Origin: Patescibacteria group bacterium
GTDB taxonomy: Bacteria; Patescibacteriota; Patescibacteriia; UBA2591; UBA4787
DNA length: 64,000 bases
Assembly: GCA_028715115.1 (NCBI GenBank)
Contig: JAQUSN010000001.1
Span: 191,067 to 255,066 of the forward strand
Reading direction: 5' to 3'
This document shows, one piece after another, positions 21,125 to 29,682 of this stretch (position 1 is the first letter of the stretch; every line of letters begins with the position of its first letter). Under the pieces are notes generated by a model. It saw only the letters and a list, made by a program, of their open reading frames with translations. It was not told the DNA's origin and ran no database searches. The translations under genes and the position numbers were made by a program.

Positions 21125-22021
21125 TTAAAGATTAAGATATTTTTTCATCGCCGCGCTAGCCGCCAGCCAGCAGGTTAGAATGGTGAAAATAAGCGGCCCG
21201 CCAAAAACATACAAGGCGTGATTTACTAGATATGAAAATAGGGTCGTGGACATGCCTAAGAATGTCGATAGTTGCGGTTGAAGCTTTAAGACTATTAGCA
21301 AAAATAATGAGCCGCTGATAATTAGGGCGATAAAAATACTAATTAAAATTTCCACTAAAAATGGACCTTGGATTGACCAGCCAGTGGCGCCAACCAATCG
21401 CATCATTCTTATTTCTTCCAGTCGCCCGTAGACGCTCAAACGGATGGCGTTGAAAATCATTAAAATAACAATGGCGAAAAATAAGGCGCTTAAAATAAAA
21501 CCCAAAAATTTTATTTTTCGACCAAGAAAATCGATTTTATTAATCAATTGTTGATAATTACCAAAATCTTTTTCTTGAATCACGTCTTCATAGCGCGCAC
21601 TGGTCACCAATTGTAAAACAGGATTAACATCAGCATCAGATTTTATTTTCACCAAAAATGTCGGCCCAAAAGGATTCTGGTTTATTTCTTCCAAAGATTT
21701 AATGACGTCAGGATTGTTTTGGTGGCGCTGTTTAAATTGCTCTAAGGCCTGTTGTGGACTAATAACTGCGACGCTTTCGACTTGCGAAAAATTTTCCAAA
21801 TCCGTTTTCAGGGCGTTTAAGTTGATCTCTGTTACTTGCGGGTAAAGATAAAGGCTTAGGTCGGCTTTGGCGCGAATCGAGCTAACCGTTTCTTTGACCA
21901 AAATATTAAGTGAAATCAAAAAAGAAAAAGAAAAAAATAAAAGAATTAAAATAATAATGACCGCGCCAGACAGCCAAAAATTTCTTCTAAAATTTTGCCA
22001 ACCGTATTTAAGTGACTGCAT
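21125..22021 (-). CDS. ftsX: cell division permease FtsX
   Basis: 4-TM layout, IFNAIRLSVYGRLEEIRMMRLVGAT..IQGPFLVE. Confidence 0.9.
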   Translation of the reverse strand: MQSLKYGWQNFRRNFWLSGAVIIILILLFFSFSFLISLNILVKETVSSIRAKADLSLYLYPQVTEINLNALKTDLENFSQVESVAVISPQQALEQFKQRHQNNPDVIKSLEEINQNPFGPTFLVKIKSDADVNPVLQLVTSARYEDVIQEKDFGNYQQLINKIDFLGRKIKFLGFILSALFFAIVILMIFNAIRLSVYGRLEEIRMMRLVGATGWSIQGPFLVEILISIFIALIISGSLFLLIVLKLQPQLSTFLGMSTTLFSYLVNHALYVFGGPLIFTILTCWLAASAAMKKYLNL

Positions 22022-22162
22022 ACTATGAATAGAAAATAGAACTTAGAATCTACCCGGCATAGCCAGGGGGTGAAGTTTGACCCTCTTTTATTGCGATATA
22101 TTTAAAGCGCTAAAATAATAGTGAATTAAATATTTTTAGGATAAATATTTATCAAGATTGAA

Positions 22163-22197
22163 TTCAAGCAATGTCAAATTTCTACCAACTGGCATAC
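22163..22197 (-). repeat. dispersed intergenic repeat, copy 1 (copy 2 at 57864-57898)
   Basis: Reverse complement tatgccagttggtagaaatttgacattgcttgaa vs tatgccagttggtagaagtttggcattacttgag. Confidence 0.75.
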
Positions 22198-23594
22198 TAT
22201 TTTTTATTTCTTAAACAAATGTTTATTTCTTTGAGTTGTTCTTCGGTCATCTCGCTCGGCGCTTCCATCATCAGGTCCTTGGCGTCAGTAGTTTTAGGAA
22301 ATGGAATAACTTCACGGATATTGGGTTCGTTGGCCAAAATCATAACAAGACGGTCAATACCCGGCGCCATGCCTCCATGTGGAGGAGTCCCATATTCAAA
22401 CGCCTCCAACATATGGCCGAATCGAGCCTGGATTAATTCTTTAGATAAACCTAAGAGTTCAAAAATCTTTTGCTGTAGTTCACGCTGATGAATACGGATA
22501 GATCCACTAGACAGTTCATATCCATTTAACACTAAATCATAGGATGCCGCTCGAACACGTAAGGGATCAGTATCGAGCAATGAAACATCCTCTGGATTTG
22601 GCATACAAAATGGATGATGTGTAGCCTGAAGGTCTCCGCCCTCTACTGGTTCAAACATAGGAAAATCTACGATCCAGCAAAAAGCTAATTCATCGGGGTT
22701 TGTTTTGTCCTTTCTCAAGTCGGGCTTATCGTTTCCATATTTTTCTATGGCTTCCTGATATGAAATGCGAGGAAACGGAACGGTTGTGACGATTTTTTTC
22801 GGCGCGACAGTTTTGATTAATTCAATGAACATTCGTTCATTTAAGGCTAGCACGTCTTCCTGGTTAACAAACGACATCTCTAGGTCTAGTTGTGTGAACT
22901 CTGGTTGGCGATCACCGCGCGCATCTTCATCGCGAAAACAGCGGGCCAACTGAAAATAACGCTCGATACCGCCGACCATTAGTAGTTGTTTAAATTGTTG
23001 CGGCGATTGGGGCAAGACGTAAAATTTTCCCGGATATAAACGTGATGGCACGGCAAATTCGCGTGCACCCTCTGGCGTGCCCTTGGTTAAAATCGGCGTT
23101 TCAACTTCCAAAAAACCCTCCCGATTTAAGTAGTCGCGGAAAAATTGGCAAACTTGACTGCGTAAAATTAAATTATTTTTTACTCTTTCGTGACGCAGAT
23201 CTAAATAACGATATTTTAATCGCAGCTCTTCATTGGCGGCGATAATTTCATTATCAATGGTAAATGGCGGAGTTTTGGCTTCGGATAAAATGGTTAATTT
23301 TTTTGCTAAAATTTCTATTGAGCCAGTCAACATTTCTTGATTAATTTGATTCTTTGGTCGGGCATTAACTATACCTTCGATTTCAACGACAAATTCCGGA
23401 CGAATTTTTTTAACTGCCTCATTTGATTGTTCATCAAGTTCTTGCGGGACGAAAACTACTTGCGCTAAACTGCTGCGATCTCTCAAATCAATAAAAACGA
23501 TTTTGCCCATATTGCGGCGAGTATTAACCCAGCCCTTAAGCAAAACCTTTTCGCCGACTTTATTAACTGCGTCTTTTGTCCAAATACGATTCAT
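22197..23594 (-). CDS. aspS: aspartate--tRNA ligase (short, no GAD insertion)
   Basis: RLKYRYLDLR, LPQSPQQFKQLLM, RGDRQPEFTQLD, PPHGGMAPGIDR. Confidence 0.97.
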   Translation of the reverse strand: MNRIWTKDAVNKVGEKVLLKGWVNTRRNMGKIVFIDLRDRSSLAQVVFVPQELDEQSNEAVKKIRPEFVVEIEGIVNARPKNQINQEMLTGSIEILAKKLTILSEAKTPPFTIDNEIIAANEELRLKYRYLDLRHERVKNNLILRSQVCQFFRDYLNREGFLEVETPILTKGTPEGAREFAVPSRLYPGKFYVLPQSPQQFKQLLMVGGIERYFQLARCFRDEDARGDRQPEFTQLDLEMSFVNQEDVLALNERMFIELIKTVAPKKIVTTVPFPRISYQEAIEKYGNDKPDLRKDKTNPDELAFCWIVDFPMFEPVEGGDLQATHHPFCMPNPEDVSLLDTDPLRVRAASYDLVLNGYELSSGSIRIHQRELQQKIFELLGLSKELIQARFGHMLEAFEYGTPPHGGMAPGIDRLVMILANEPNIREVIPFPKTTDAKDLMMEAPSEMTEEQLKEINICLRNKK

Positions 23595-23652
23595 AAATTA
23601 TGAAACAAAATTTAAGTAGTAATAGTATAACATAAAAATACAAAAAAAGAAG

Positions 23653-23674
23653 AGCCCACCCCGAAGGGTGGGCT
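23653..23674 (-). terminator. intrinsic terminator of the orphan gene
   Basis: agcccacc-ccgaag-ggtgggct hairpin followed on the minus strand by a T tract. Confidence 0.75.
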
Positions 23675-23690
23675 TGATTGACGAAGTGGA

Positions 23691-24266
23691 CTAGGAGACT
23701 TCTGCTTTCTCGGTTTGCCTGAGACCGAGAACCAGCGCCCAGACACCCAGGACGGGCAGGTAGACCCTAGCTATCCAGTCGAAGACGGCTGTGGCGTTCT
23801 CTATTTTGCCAATGGTATCTGTGAGCTTGGACAGCCAGAGCATCAGGATGATCACGCATAGGCCGACGGTCAGGATCAGTCCGAGAGCCTTCTTTTCGCC
23901 CAGGTAGAAACGGACGGCGACGAAGAAGATGGCGACGATCATGGCCGGTTCGATCCAGATGAGCGAAGCGGTGAGCTCGGATGATGGGTAGAGCATGAGG
24001 CCCAGGCCCAGGTAGAACCAGAAAGCGCAGAACATGCCGATCAGGATGCTGGCCGGCGTGTCTTTGGCCTTGAACACGGTGTAGCCGAGTCCCGCCAGAT
24101 GAAACAGGCCGCCGAACAGGATCAGTGACAGTCCGGTCGGGCCGTTCGGCATCATGCCGAATTTGCCCAGGATCGGTTGCCACTTGATGCCGGAGTAGAG
24201 CGCGCAGAGCAGGAAAATGCTCAACAGCACGAATCCGACTGACGAGAACCTCTTTTTGTCATCCAT
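23691..24266 (-). CDS. GC-rich orphan multi-pass membrane protein
   Basis: 191 aa, about 6 TMs, AAGGAGG SD, TTGACA-16-TAAAAT promoter at about 24332-24359; 35/60 G+C in a sampled line. Confidence 0.85.
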   Translation of the reverse strand: MDDKKRFSSVGFVLLSIFLLCALYSGIKWQPILGKFGMMPNGPTGLSLILFGGLFHLAGLGYTVFKAKDTPASILIGMFCAFWFYLGLGLMLYPSSELTASLIWIEPAMIVAIFFVAVRFYLGEKKALGLILTVGLCVIILMLWLSKLTDTIGKIENATAVFDWIARVYLPVLGVWALVLGLRQTEKAEVS

Positions 24267-24446
24267 TTTGCCTCCTTGTGGTTAAAGGGACGACCTTCGA
24301 ATTATACGGATTTCTTTTAGAACTGATTTGAATTTTAGCAGATTTTCGGGCTTTGTCAAGATTAATAAAAATATATTTTTTAAAAGATTTTTGTGGAAAA
24401 TTATTGACAAATTTTCCATTTTAAATATAATAATTATATTCAAGAT

Positions 24447-24521
24447 GCGGGTGTAGTTCAGCAGTAGAACGTCTCCTTGCCAAGGAGAAGGCCGTGGGTG
24501 CGAATCCCATCACCCGCTCCA
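24447..24521 (+). tRNA. tRNA-Gly(GCC)
   Basis: gcgggtgtagttcag..tctcc-ttGCCaa-ggaga..cacccgctcca. Confidence 0.95.
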
Positions 24522-24528
24522 TATATTT

Positions 24529-24615
24529 GCCGCGGTGGCGGAACTGGTATACGCGTTGGACTTAAAATCCAATGATCGTAAGATCTTGAGGGTTCGAGTC
24601 CCTCCCGCGGCACCA
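24529..24615 (+). tRNA. tRNA-Leu(TAA)
   Basis: gccgcggtggcggaactggtatacgc..ttgga-ctTAAaa-tccaa, long variable arm, CCA. Confidence 0.95.
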
Positions 24616-24747
24616 TTAATAAAAAAATTTTTCTTTTATCGCCAAGTGAGCGAGAGACAAAGAAAAATTTATTTTTATTTTCCAAGCGAACGCTGGCAAC
24701 AAACGGCGAAGCCTTTTATTTTTTTCTCTATTTAGTATAATTCAGTT

Positions 24748-25353
24748 ATGAATATTTCTGATTTTTTCGGTTTAATTGCCGGAATTGTTGCCGTCATAGC
24801 TTACGGACTATATTTTAGGCAAGCCGTAAAAGGGAGCTCCACTCCGAATCCTTCTACCTGGGCAATTTGGGTTTTAATCGGCATTATTAATTCGTTTACT
24901 TACTTTTCTTTAGTTGCTAACGATTGGCGGCAGGGATTGGTGGTTTTAACCGCAGCCACTTTTTCTTTAATAACTTTTATTTACTCATTATTTCGAGGAA
25001 GGTTTTCTAGGATTTCAAAAATAGAAATAATAACTTTTATTTTAGCAGTACTTATAGGGATTTTTTGGCGATTTACAGCTAACGACAGAATGGCCAATTT
25101 ATTTTTGCAGGCGATTTACGTCATTTCATATATTCCCACCATCTCGGGTTTAGCCAGAGGTAGGGCTAAAGAGGGTTATGTGGCTTGGGTTGTGGCTTGC
25201 GTGGCTTATTTGCTTTCGGCTATTACCGTAGCCACTAATCCAAGGGCTGATTGGATTGCCTTGGTCTTCCCGCTGGTAAATGGTTTATTGGGTAATGGCA
25301 CGATCGCCGTTTTAACGATTTACAAACAAAGAGTACAAAATAATACATTATAA
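24748..25353 (+). CDS. multi-pass membrane protein (PQ-loop-like)
   Basis: 201 aa, about 7 TMs, between tRNA-Leu genes. Confidence 0.8.
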   Translation: MNISDFFGLIAGIVAVIAYGLYFRQAVKGSSTPNPSTWAIWVLIGIINSFTYFSLVANDWRQGLVVLTAATFSLITFIYSLFRGRFSRISKIEIITFILAVLIGIFWRFTANDRMANLFLQAIYVISYIPTISGLARGRAKEGYVAWVVACVAYLLSAITVATNPRADWIALVFPLVNGLLGNGTIAVLTIYKQRVQNNTL

Positions 25354-25357
25354 AAAT

Positions 25358-25441
25358 GCCGAAGTGGCGGAACTGGTATACGCGCATGGCTTAGGACCAT
25401 GTGGGAGAAATCCCTTGGGAGTTCGAGTCTCCCCTTCGGCA
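25358..25441 (+). tRNA. tRNA-Leu(TAG)
   Basis: gccgaagtggcggaactggtatacgc..catgg-ctTAGga-ccatg..cttcggca. Confidence 0.95.
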
Positions 25442-25512
25442 TTTTAAACGTGATTTGTCAATTAAAACAAAAAGACGTTTCAAAACGTCTTTTTGCATAT
25501 TTTATAAAGCTC

Positions 25513-25800
25513 TTATTTTGTTTTTACCGCAGCTACGCTGACGATCTTGGCCTTGCGCAAAGCGCCGTTGAAACGAATCAGTTTTTTGGTATTAAATTTA
25601 ACCACGCCGGCCGTAGCAGCGTATAAAGTATCGTCTACTCCGCGGCGAACGTTTTTACCTGGTCTAAATTTGGTGCCGCGTTGGCGAATTATAATCATGC
25701 CGGCCTTGATTTTCTGGCCGTCTTGAATTTTTACTCCCAGCCGTTGACCGTGTGAATCCCGACCGAGCGATGTAGAGCCGCCTGCTTTCTTGTGTGACAT
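25513..25800 (-). CDS. rpmA: 50S ribosomal protein L27
   Basis: [29 protein letters not shown]. Confidence 0.98.
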   Translation of the reverse strand: MSHKKAGGSTSLGRDSHGQRLGVKIQDGQKIKAGMIIIRQRGTKFRPGKNVRRGVDDTLYAATAGVVKFNTKKLIRFNGALRKAKIVSVAAVKTK

Positions 25801-25909
25801 ATATAAGTCTTAAATTAGTAGGTTAATTGAAGCAATCAATATAATAGAAAATTATTATAAACTTGTCAAGTATAATTTTTGCATTATAATATGTTTAGCT
25901 TAACTAGTC

Positions 25910-26053
25910 AATCCCTCTCTTGGAAATTTTAATCAGACCCGCGATTGGCTTTTATTACTTTTTAATTAGTTAAATCCCCGATAGGTTAATCTATAAAATC
26001 GGTTTATGAATGGTCTACCTGAAAAAACCAATCAAAATTTCCAGGCGAGGGAG
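25910..26053 (+). other. structured intergenic element (ncRNA candidate or MITE)
   Basis: About 22-bp terminal inverted repeat tccctctcttggaaattttaat / atcaaaatttccaggcgaggga enclosing inner hairpins; TATAAT just upstream. Confidence 0.45.
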
Positions 26054-26066
26054 TTAAATAATTATT

Positions 26067-26309
26067 ATGGTTATGACCAAAAACATAAAAATTGCCATTG
26101 AAGAAGTTTTAGAAGAAATTCGTCCGATGCTTCATTCGCATGGTGGCGACATCGAATTGGTTGAATGGTTGGAGAAAGGAAAAACGGCTCAAGTCAGATT
26201 TGTTGGCGGTTGTGCTACATGTCCGATGGCACAAATGACCTTTAAAAATTTAGTTGAAGCGAGTTTAAAAGAAAAATTGCCGGAAATTAAAAAAATTGAA
26301 TTAGTATGA
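26067..26309 (+). CDS. NifU C-terminal domain protein (Fe-S carrier)
   Basis: IRPMLHSHGGDIELV..GGCATCPMA. Confidence 0.92.
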   Translation: MVMTKNIKIAIEEVLEEIRPMLHSHGGDIELVEWLEKGKTAQVRFVGGCATCPMAQMTFKNLVEASLKEKLPEIKKIELV

Positions 26310-26677
26310 GCCTAGAAGCAGTTGTAAAAAAACTGAGACAGCAAAAGTTTTGGCACGACAGAAACGCCACAACGCCGCTTTTAATTGCCTTAATAATTAA
26401 CGTCATTAATTGGCCCTATCTTTATTTTCAAATGAGGCATTCGGGCCAATTAGTCCCTCTACGTTATAATATTTTAAATGGTGTTGGCGCGATTGGCCAC
26501 TGGACGAAGCTTTTTGCTTTACCGTTTTATGCAATTTTGATTTTTATTTTTAATGGCCTTTTAATTTATAAATTTTATCAAAAAGAAGACCGTTTTATTT
26601 TACGGCTGCTTTTAATTACGCAAATAGCAACTCAATTGATATTTTTATTGGCGCTCATTTTAATAACTAATCTTTAG
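26306..26677 (+). CDS. small membrane protein (DUF1648-like)
   Basis: 3 TMs, VPLRYNILNG motif. Confidence 0.7.
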   Translation: MSLEAVVKKLRQQKFWHDRNATTPLLIALIINVINWPYLYFQMRHSGQLVPLRYNILNGVGAIGHWTKLFALPFYAILIFIFNGLLIYKFYQKEDRFILRLLLITQIATQLIFLLALILITNL

Positions 26678-26682
26678 AATTT

Positions 26683-27726
26683 ATGCTATTTAATCTTATT
26701 AAGGTTTTTTTTCTTAGCACCCTGGCCTTTGTCGTCACTATTCTGTGGACTCCGCTTTTAACAAAATTTTTATATAAGCATAAATTGGGCAAGCAAATCC
26801 GTGACGAAAAAACCGCTCCTATTTTTTCTAAAATGCATCAGGCCAAGACCGGTACGCCGACTATGGGGGGAATGTTGATTTGGGTAACGACCGCAGTTTT
26901 GGCTGTGGTGTTTTTTTATTTAGCCAAGTTTACTAATTTAGATTTTTTTAAGCAGCTTAATTTTCTCGATCGAGGACAGACGTTATTGCTTTTGGGCGTT
27001 TTGATTGCCTCAGCTGTCGTTGGTTTTATTGACGACCTATTTAATGTAAAAAAAATGGGCCCGCGTGGTGGCGGGTTGAAAATGAAACACCGCTTACTTA
27101 TATATACGGCCATTGCTGCAGTGGGCGCTTGGTGGTTTTTCTTCAAACTTGATTGGTATACTATCTATATTCCTTTTGTGGGAAACTTTACTATCGGTTG
27201 GTGGTTTATCCCGCTCTTTATTTTTATCGTTGTCTCGACCGCTTTTTCGGTTAATGAGATTGATGGCTTAGACGGCTTAGCCGGTGGAACATTGTTGACC
27301 GCTTTTGCTGCTTATGGAGCTATTGCTTTTGTTCAGGGTAAATATGATCTGGCCACTTTTTGTGCCGTGATCATTGGATCGCTCGTTGCCTTTTTGTGGT
27401 TTAATATTTTCCCGGCCAGATTTTTTATGGGCGACACAGGCGTCATGTCATTAGGTATCACTCTGGGAGTTTTAGCTATGTTTACTAATTATTTCGCCCT
27501 TTTACCGATTATTGGTTTATTGTTTGTAGTAGAGTCAATATCTGTGATTATTCAACTTCTTTCTAAAAAAATTCGTAAGAAAAAAATATTTTTATCCGCG
27601 CCTATTCACCATCATTTAGAAGCTAAGGGTTGGCCAGAACCAAAGATTGTTATGCGTTTTTGGTTGATTTCCGGCGTGACCGCAGTTTTGGGGTTGCTAA
27701 TATTTTTGATCGATAAACTTATTTAA
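26683..27726 (+). CDS. mraY: phospho-N-acetylmuramoyl-pentapeptide transferase
   Basis: KTGTPTMGG, GFIDD, NEIDGLDGL, FMGDTG, APIHHHLE. Confidence 0.97.
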   Translation: MLFNLIKVFFLSTLAFVVTILWTPLLTKFLYKHKLGKQIRDEKTAPIFSKMHQAKTGTPTMGGMLIWVTTAVLAVVFFYLAKFTNLDFFKQLNFLDRGQTLLLLGVLIASAVVGFIDDLFNVKKMGPRGGGLKMKHRLLIYTAIAAVGAWWFFFKLDWYTIYIPFVGNFTIGWWFIPLFIFIVVSTAFSVNEIDGLDGLAGGTLLTAFAAYGAIAFVQGKYDLATFCAVIIGSLVAFLWFNIFPARFFMGDTGVMSLGITLGVLAMFTNYFALLPIIGLLFVVESISVIIQLLSKKIRKKKIFLSAPIHHHLEAKGWPEPKIVMRFWLISGVTAVLGLLIFLIDKLI

Positions 27727-27732
27727 TAATTT

Positions 27733-28674
27733 ATGAAAATTTTGGTTATTGGTTCAACCGGACAGCTTGGTTCGGAGTTGACTCTGGCCTTGCGAAAGAA
27801 ATATGGCGATCAAAACGTGATAGCCGGTATTAATAAAACATTACCAGCCGAAGAACTTAAAAGAGGTCCTTATGAATTTGTCGACGTCAGCAGTCGAGAA
27901 AGTCTAAAAAATGTTATTCAAAAATACCAAATAAACGTCATTTATCATTTGGCGGCCATTTTATCAGCAGTTGGTGAAAAAAATCCGGAATTAGCCTGGC
28001 AAGTAAATATACTTGGTTTAAAAAATGTTCTTGACGTGGCCGTGGCCAATAAAATTGAGCGTGTCTTTTTCCCCAGTTCTATCGCCGCCTTTGGTCCAAA
28101 CACACCCAAAGAAAAAACCCCTCAATATACAGCTATGGATCCAAATACCATGTATGGTCTAACTAAATTGGCCGGTGAATTGCTCTGTCAATATTATTTT
28201 AAAAAATACCAACTTGACGTGCGTAGCGTGCGCTATCCAGGGCTAATTAGTTATAAAACGCAGCCTGGCGGCGGTACGACCGATTATGCAGTGGCGATTT
28301 TTTATGAAGCCCTTAAAACAAAAAGCTATACTTGTTTTGTCAGACAAGATACGGTGCTGCCGATGATGTATATGCCCGATGCAGTCCGCGCCACCTTAGA
28401 ATTAATGGAGGCGCCCAGCGAAAAATTAACCGTGCGTACCAGTTATAATTTATCGGCCATCAGTTTCTCAGTTAAAGATTTAATCAAAGAAATAAAAAAA
28501 TATTTACCTGATTTTTGTTGTGAGTGCAGTCCTGACCACCGGCAAACCATTGCCGACTCCTGGCCCAAGAGCATTGACGATTCTTATGCGCGCCGTGATT
28601 GGGGTTGGCGCCATGAATATGATTTAGCAAAAATGAGCGAAGATATGTTAAAAAATTTGAAAAATATTTTGTAA
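27733..28674 (+). CDS. SDR-type L-threonine 3-dehydrogenase / NAD-dependent epimerase family
   Basis: GSTGQLG, YGLTK, PGGGTTDYAV, LPMMYMPD. Confidence 0.88.
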   Translation: MKILVIGSTGQLGSELTLALRKKYGDQNVIAGINKTLPAEELKRGPYEFVDVSSRESLKNVIQKYQINVIYHLAAILSAVGEKNPELAWQVNILGLKNVLDVAVANKIERVFFPSSIAAFGPNTPKEKTPQYTAMDPNTMYGLTKLAGELLCQYYFKKYQLDVRSVRYPGLISYKTQPGGGTTDYAVAIFYEALKTKSYTCFVRQDTVLPMMYMPDAVRATLELMEAPSEKLTVRTSYNLSAISFSVKDLIKEIKKYLPDFCCECSPDHRQTIADSWPKSIDDSYARRDWGWRHEYDLAKMSEDMLKNLKNIL

Positions 28675-28789
28675 AAATTATCTATTATATAGCTAAAAAA
28701 TAACCCGCAGTTTGCGGGTTGTTTTTTTTATTGACAACTATATTTAACGTTTTATAATTTTAAATATAAACAACCCATGGAGGTGTCAT

Positions 28790-29020
28790 ATAGGCGCGAA
28801 AAGAGACTGCAGTATTTCCGTGGTAGTACCTCCGGACAAGGGACGTCTAAGTATAGACTCGAGACGTTCAAAACCATGTTGTTCTGCCATGGAGGCAGAG
28901 CTGAGACTTTTGCGGCCTCTTCGACAGGGCGCGGTATTGCGTCGTCCCGGCCACAACAATCTAATACCTGGTCGGCCTTGTCCCCACTGCGGAGCACTGA
29001 TTCAACTCCTCATGGAGTAA
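28790..29020 (+). CDS. GC-rich orphan Cys-rich small protein (SD points to an ATA codon; possible pseudogene)
   Basis: Promoter TTGACA..TATAAT at 28731-28758, GGAGGTG, in-frame ATA at 28790; CCSAM...CPHCG; stop just before the hairpin at 29027-29051. Confidence 0.6.
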   Translation: MGAKRDCSISVVVPPDKGRLSIDSRRSKPCCSAMEAELRLLRPLRQGAVLRRPGHNNLIPGRPCPHCGALIQLLME

Positions 29021-29026
29021 GTCCTG

Positions 29027-29051
29027 GGGCGGAGCCGTTTTGGCTCCGCCC
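29027..29051 (+). terminator. hairpin terminator
   Basis: gggcggagcc-gtttt-ggctccgccc. Confidence 0.7.
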
Positions 29052-29235
29052 TCTGTCATTACCAAGAACACAGAATTGACTTTCTGTCTTTTTTTGTTAA
29101 AATAGTTTTAATAAAGACCTACCCGCCTATTGCCTATCCAGGAGTTAATTTTAAATAAGAATTGAAGAAAGAATATTTTTTAATTCTTAACTCGATGGGG
29201 CGGCGTTGGCAGGCGGGCCTGCTCGCCATTACTAC

Positions 29236-29442
29236 GCTCAGTGGTAGAGCTCTTATATCGACAATTTTATTAATAGGCGTGCATAGCTCAGCGGCCTAAT
29301 CCAATTCTCTAAGAACTGGACGGCCCGTTCGAGTTTTTTTAAAACTCGAATTAGGGTAGAGCACGACTCTTATATCAATAAATTTTCAATATTTAGTGTC
29401 TTGAGTGCGCGTGTAGCTCAGTGGTAGAGCACCACTCTTATA
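29236..29442 (+). pseudogene. three tandem 5'-half remnants of tRNA-Ile(TAT)
   Basis: gctcagtggtagagc-tcttata (29236-29257); ggcgtgcatagctcagcgg[insert]gtagagcacgactcttata (29276-29374); gcgcgtgtagctcagtggtagagcaccactcttata (29407-29442); all end at the anticodon TATA. Confidence 0.85.
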
Positions 29443-29469
29443 GCGGTAGATTCCTATTATTCTCTAAGT

Positions 29470-29541
29470 GGGCGCATAGCTCAGTGGTAGAGCACCACTC
29501 TTATAAAGTGGGGGTCGATGGTTCGAACCCATCTGCGCCCA
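29470..29541 (+). tRNA. tRNA-Ile(TAT)
   Basis: gggcgcatagctcagtggtagagca-ccact-ctTATaa-agtgg-gggtcgatggttcgaacccatctgcgccca; intact cloverleaf, no CCA. Confidence 0.93.
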
Positions 29542-29616
29542 CTTAGAGAATAAAATAATGTTATCTACCGATATATAGGTCGCAACTTTATAAATTATTT
29601 TAATTGTAGCGACCAA

Positions 29617-29659
29617 TATAAAGTGGGGGCCTCTATTAGAACCCATCTGCGCCCACTTA
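29617..29659 (+). pseudogene. degenerate 3'-half copy of tRNA-Ile(TAT)
   Basis: tataaagtggggg-cctctatta-gaacccatctgcgcccactta matches the tRNA 3' half except the T-stem 5' strand. Confidence 0.85.
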
Positions 29660-29682
29660 TAAATTAATTATTGTTTTAAATT

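Noticed and set aside
24458-24735. Short ORFs at 24458, 24535, 25399, 29464, 42950, 42993 and 55050
   Set aside because: They overlap tRNA genes.
28777-29079. 100-aa ORF starting at ATG 28777
   Set aside because: Its ATG overlaps the SD and it reads through the terminator hairpin; the other frame has Cys motifs and ends at the terminator. Not fully excluded.
29236-29659. CRISPR-like array or self-splicing tRNA intron at the repeated gctcagtggtagagc motif
   Set aside because: The repeats are tRNA fragments with irregular spacing, and no cas genes are present. The intervening DNA lacks group I/II core motifs, and the outer halves have mismatched acceptor and T stems, so splicing would not yield a functional tRNA.
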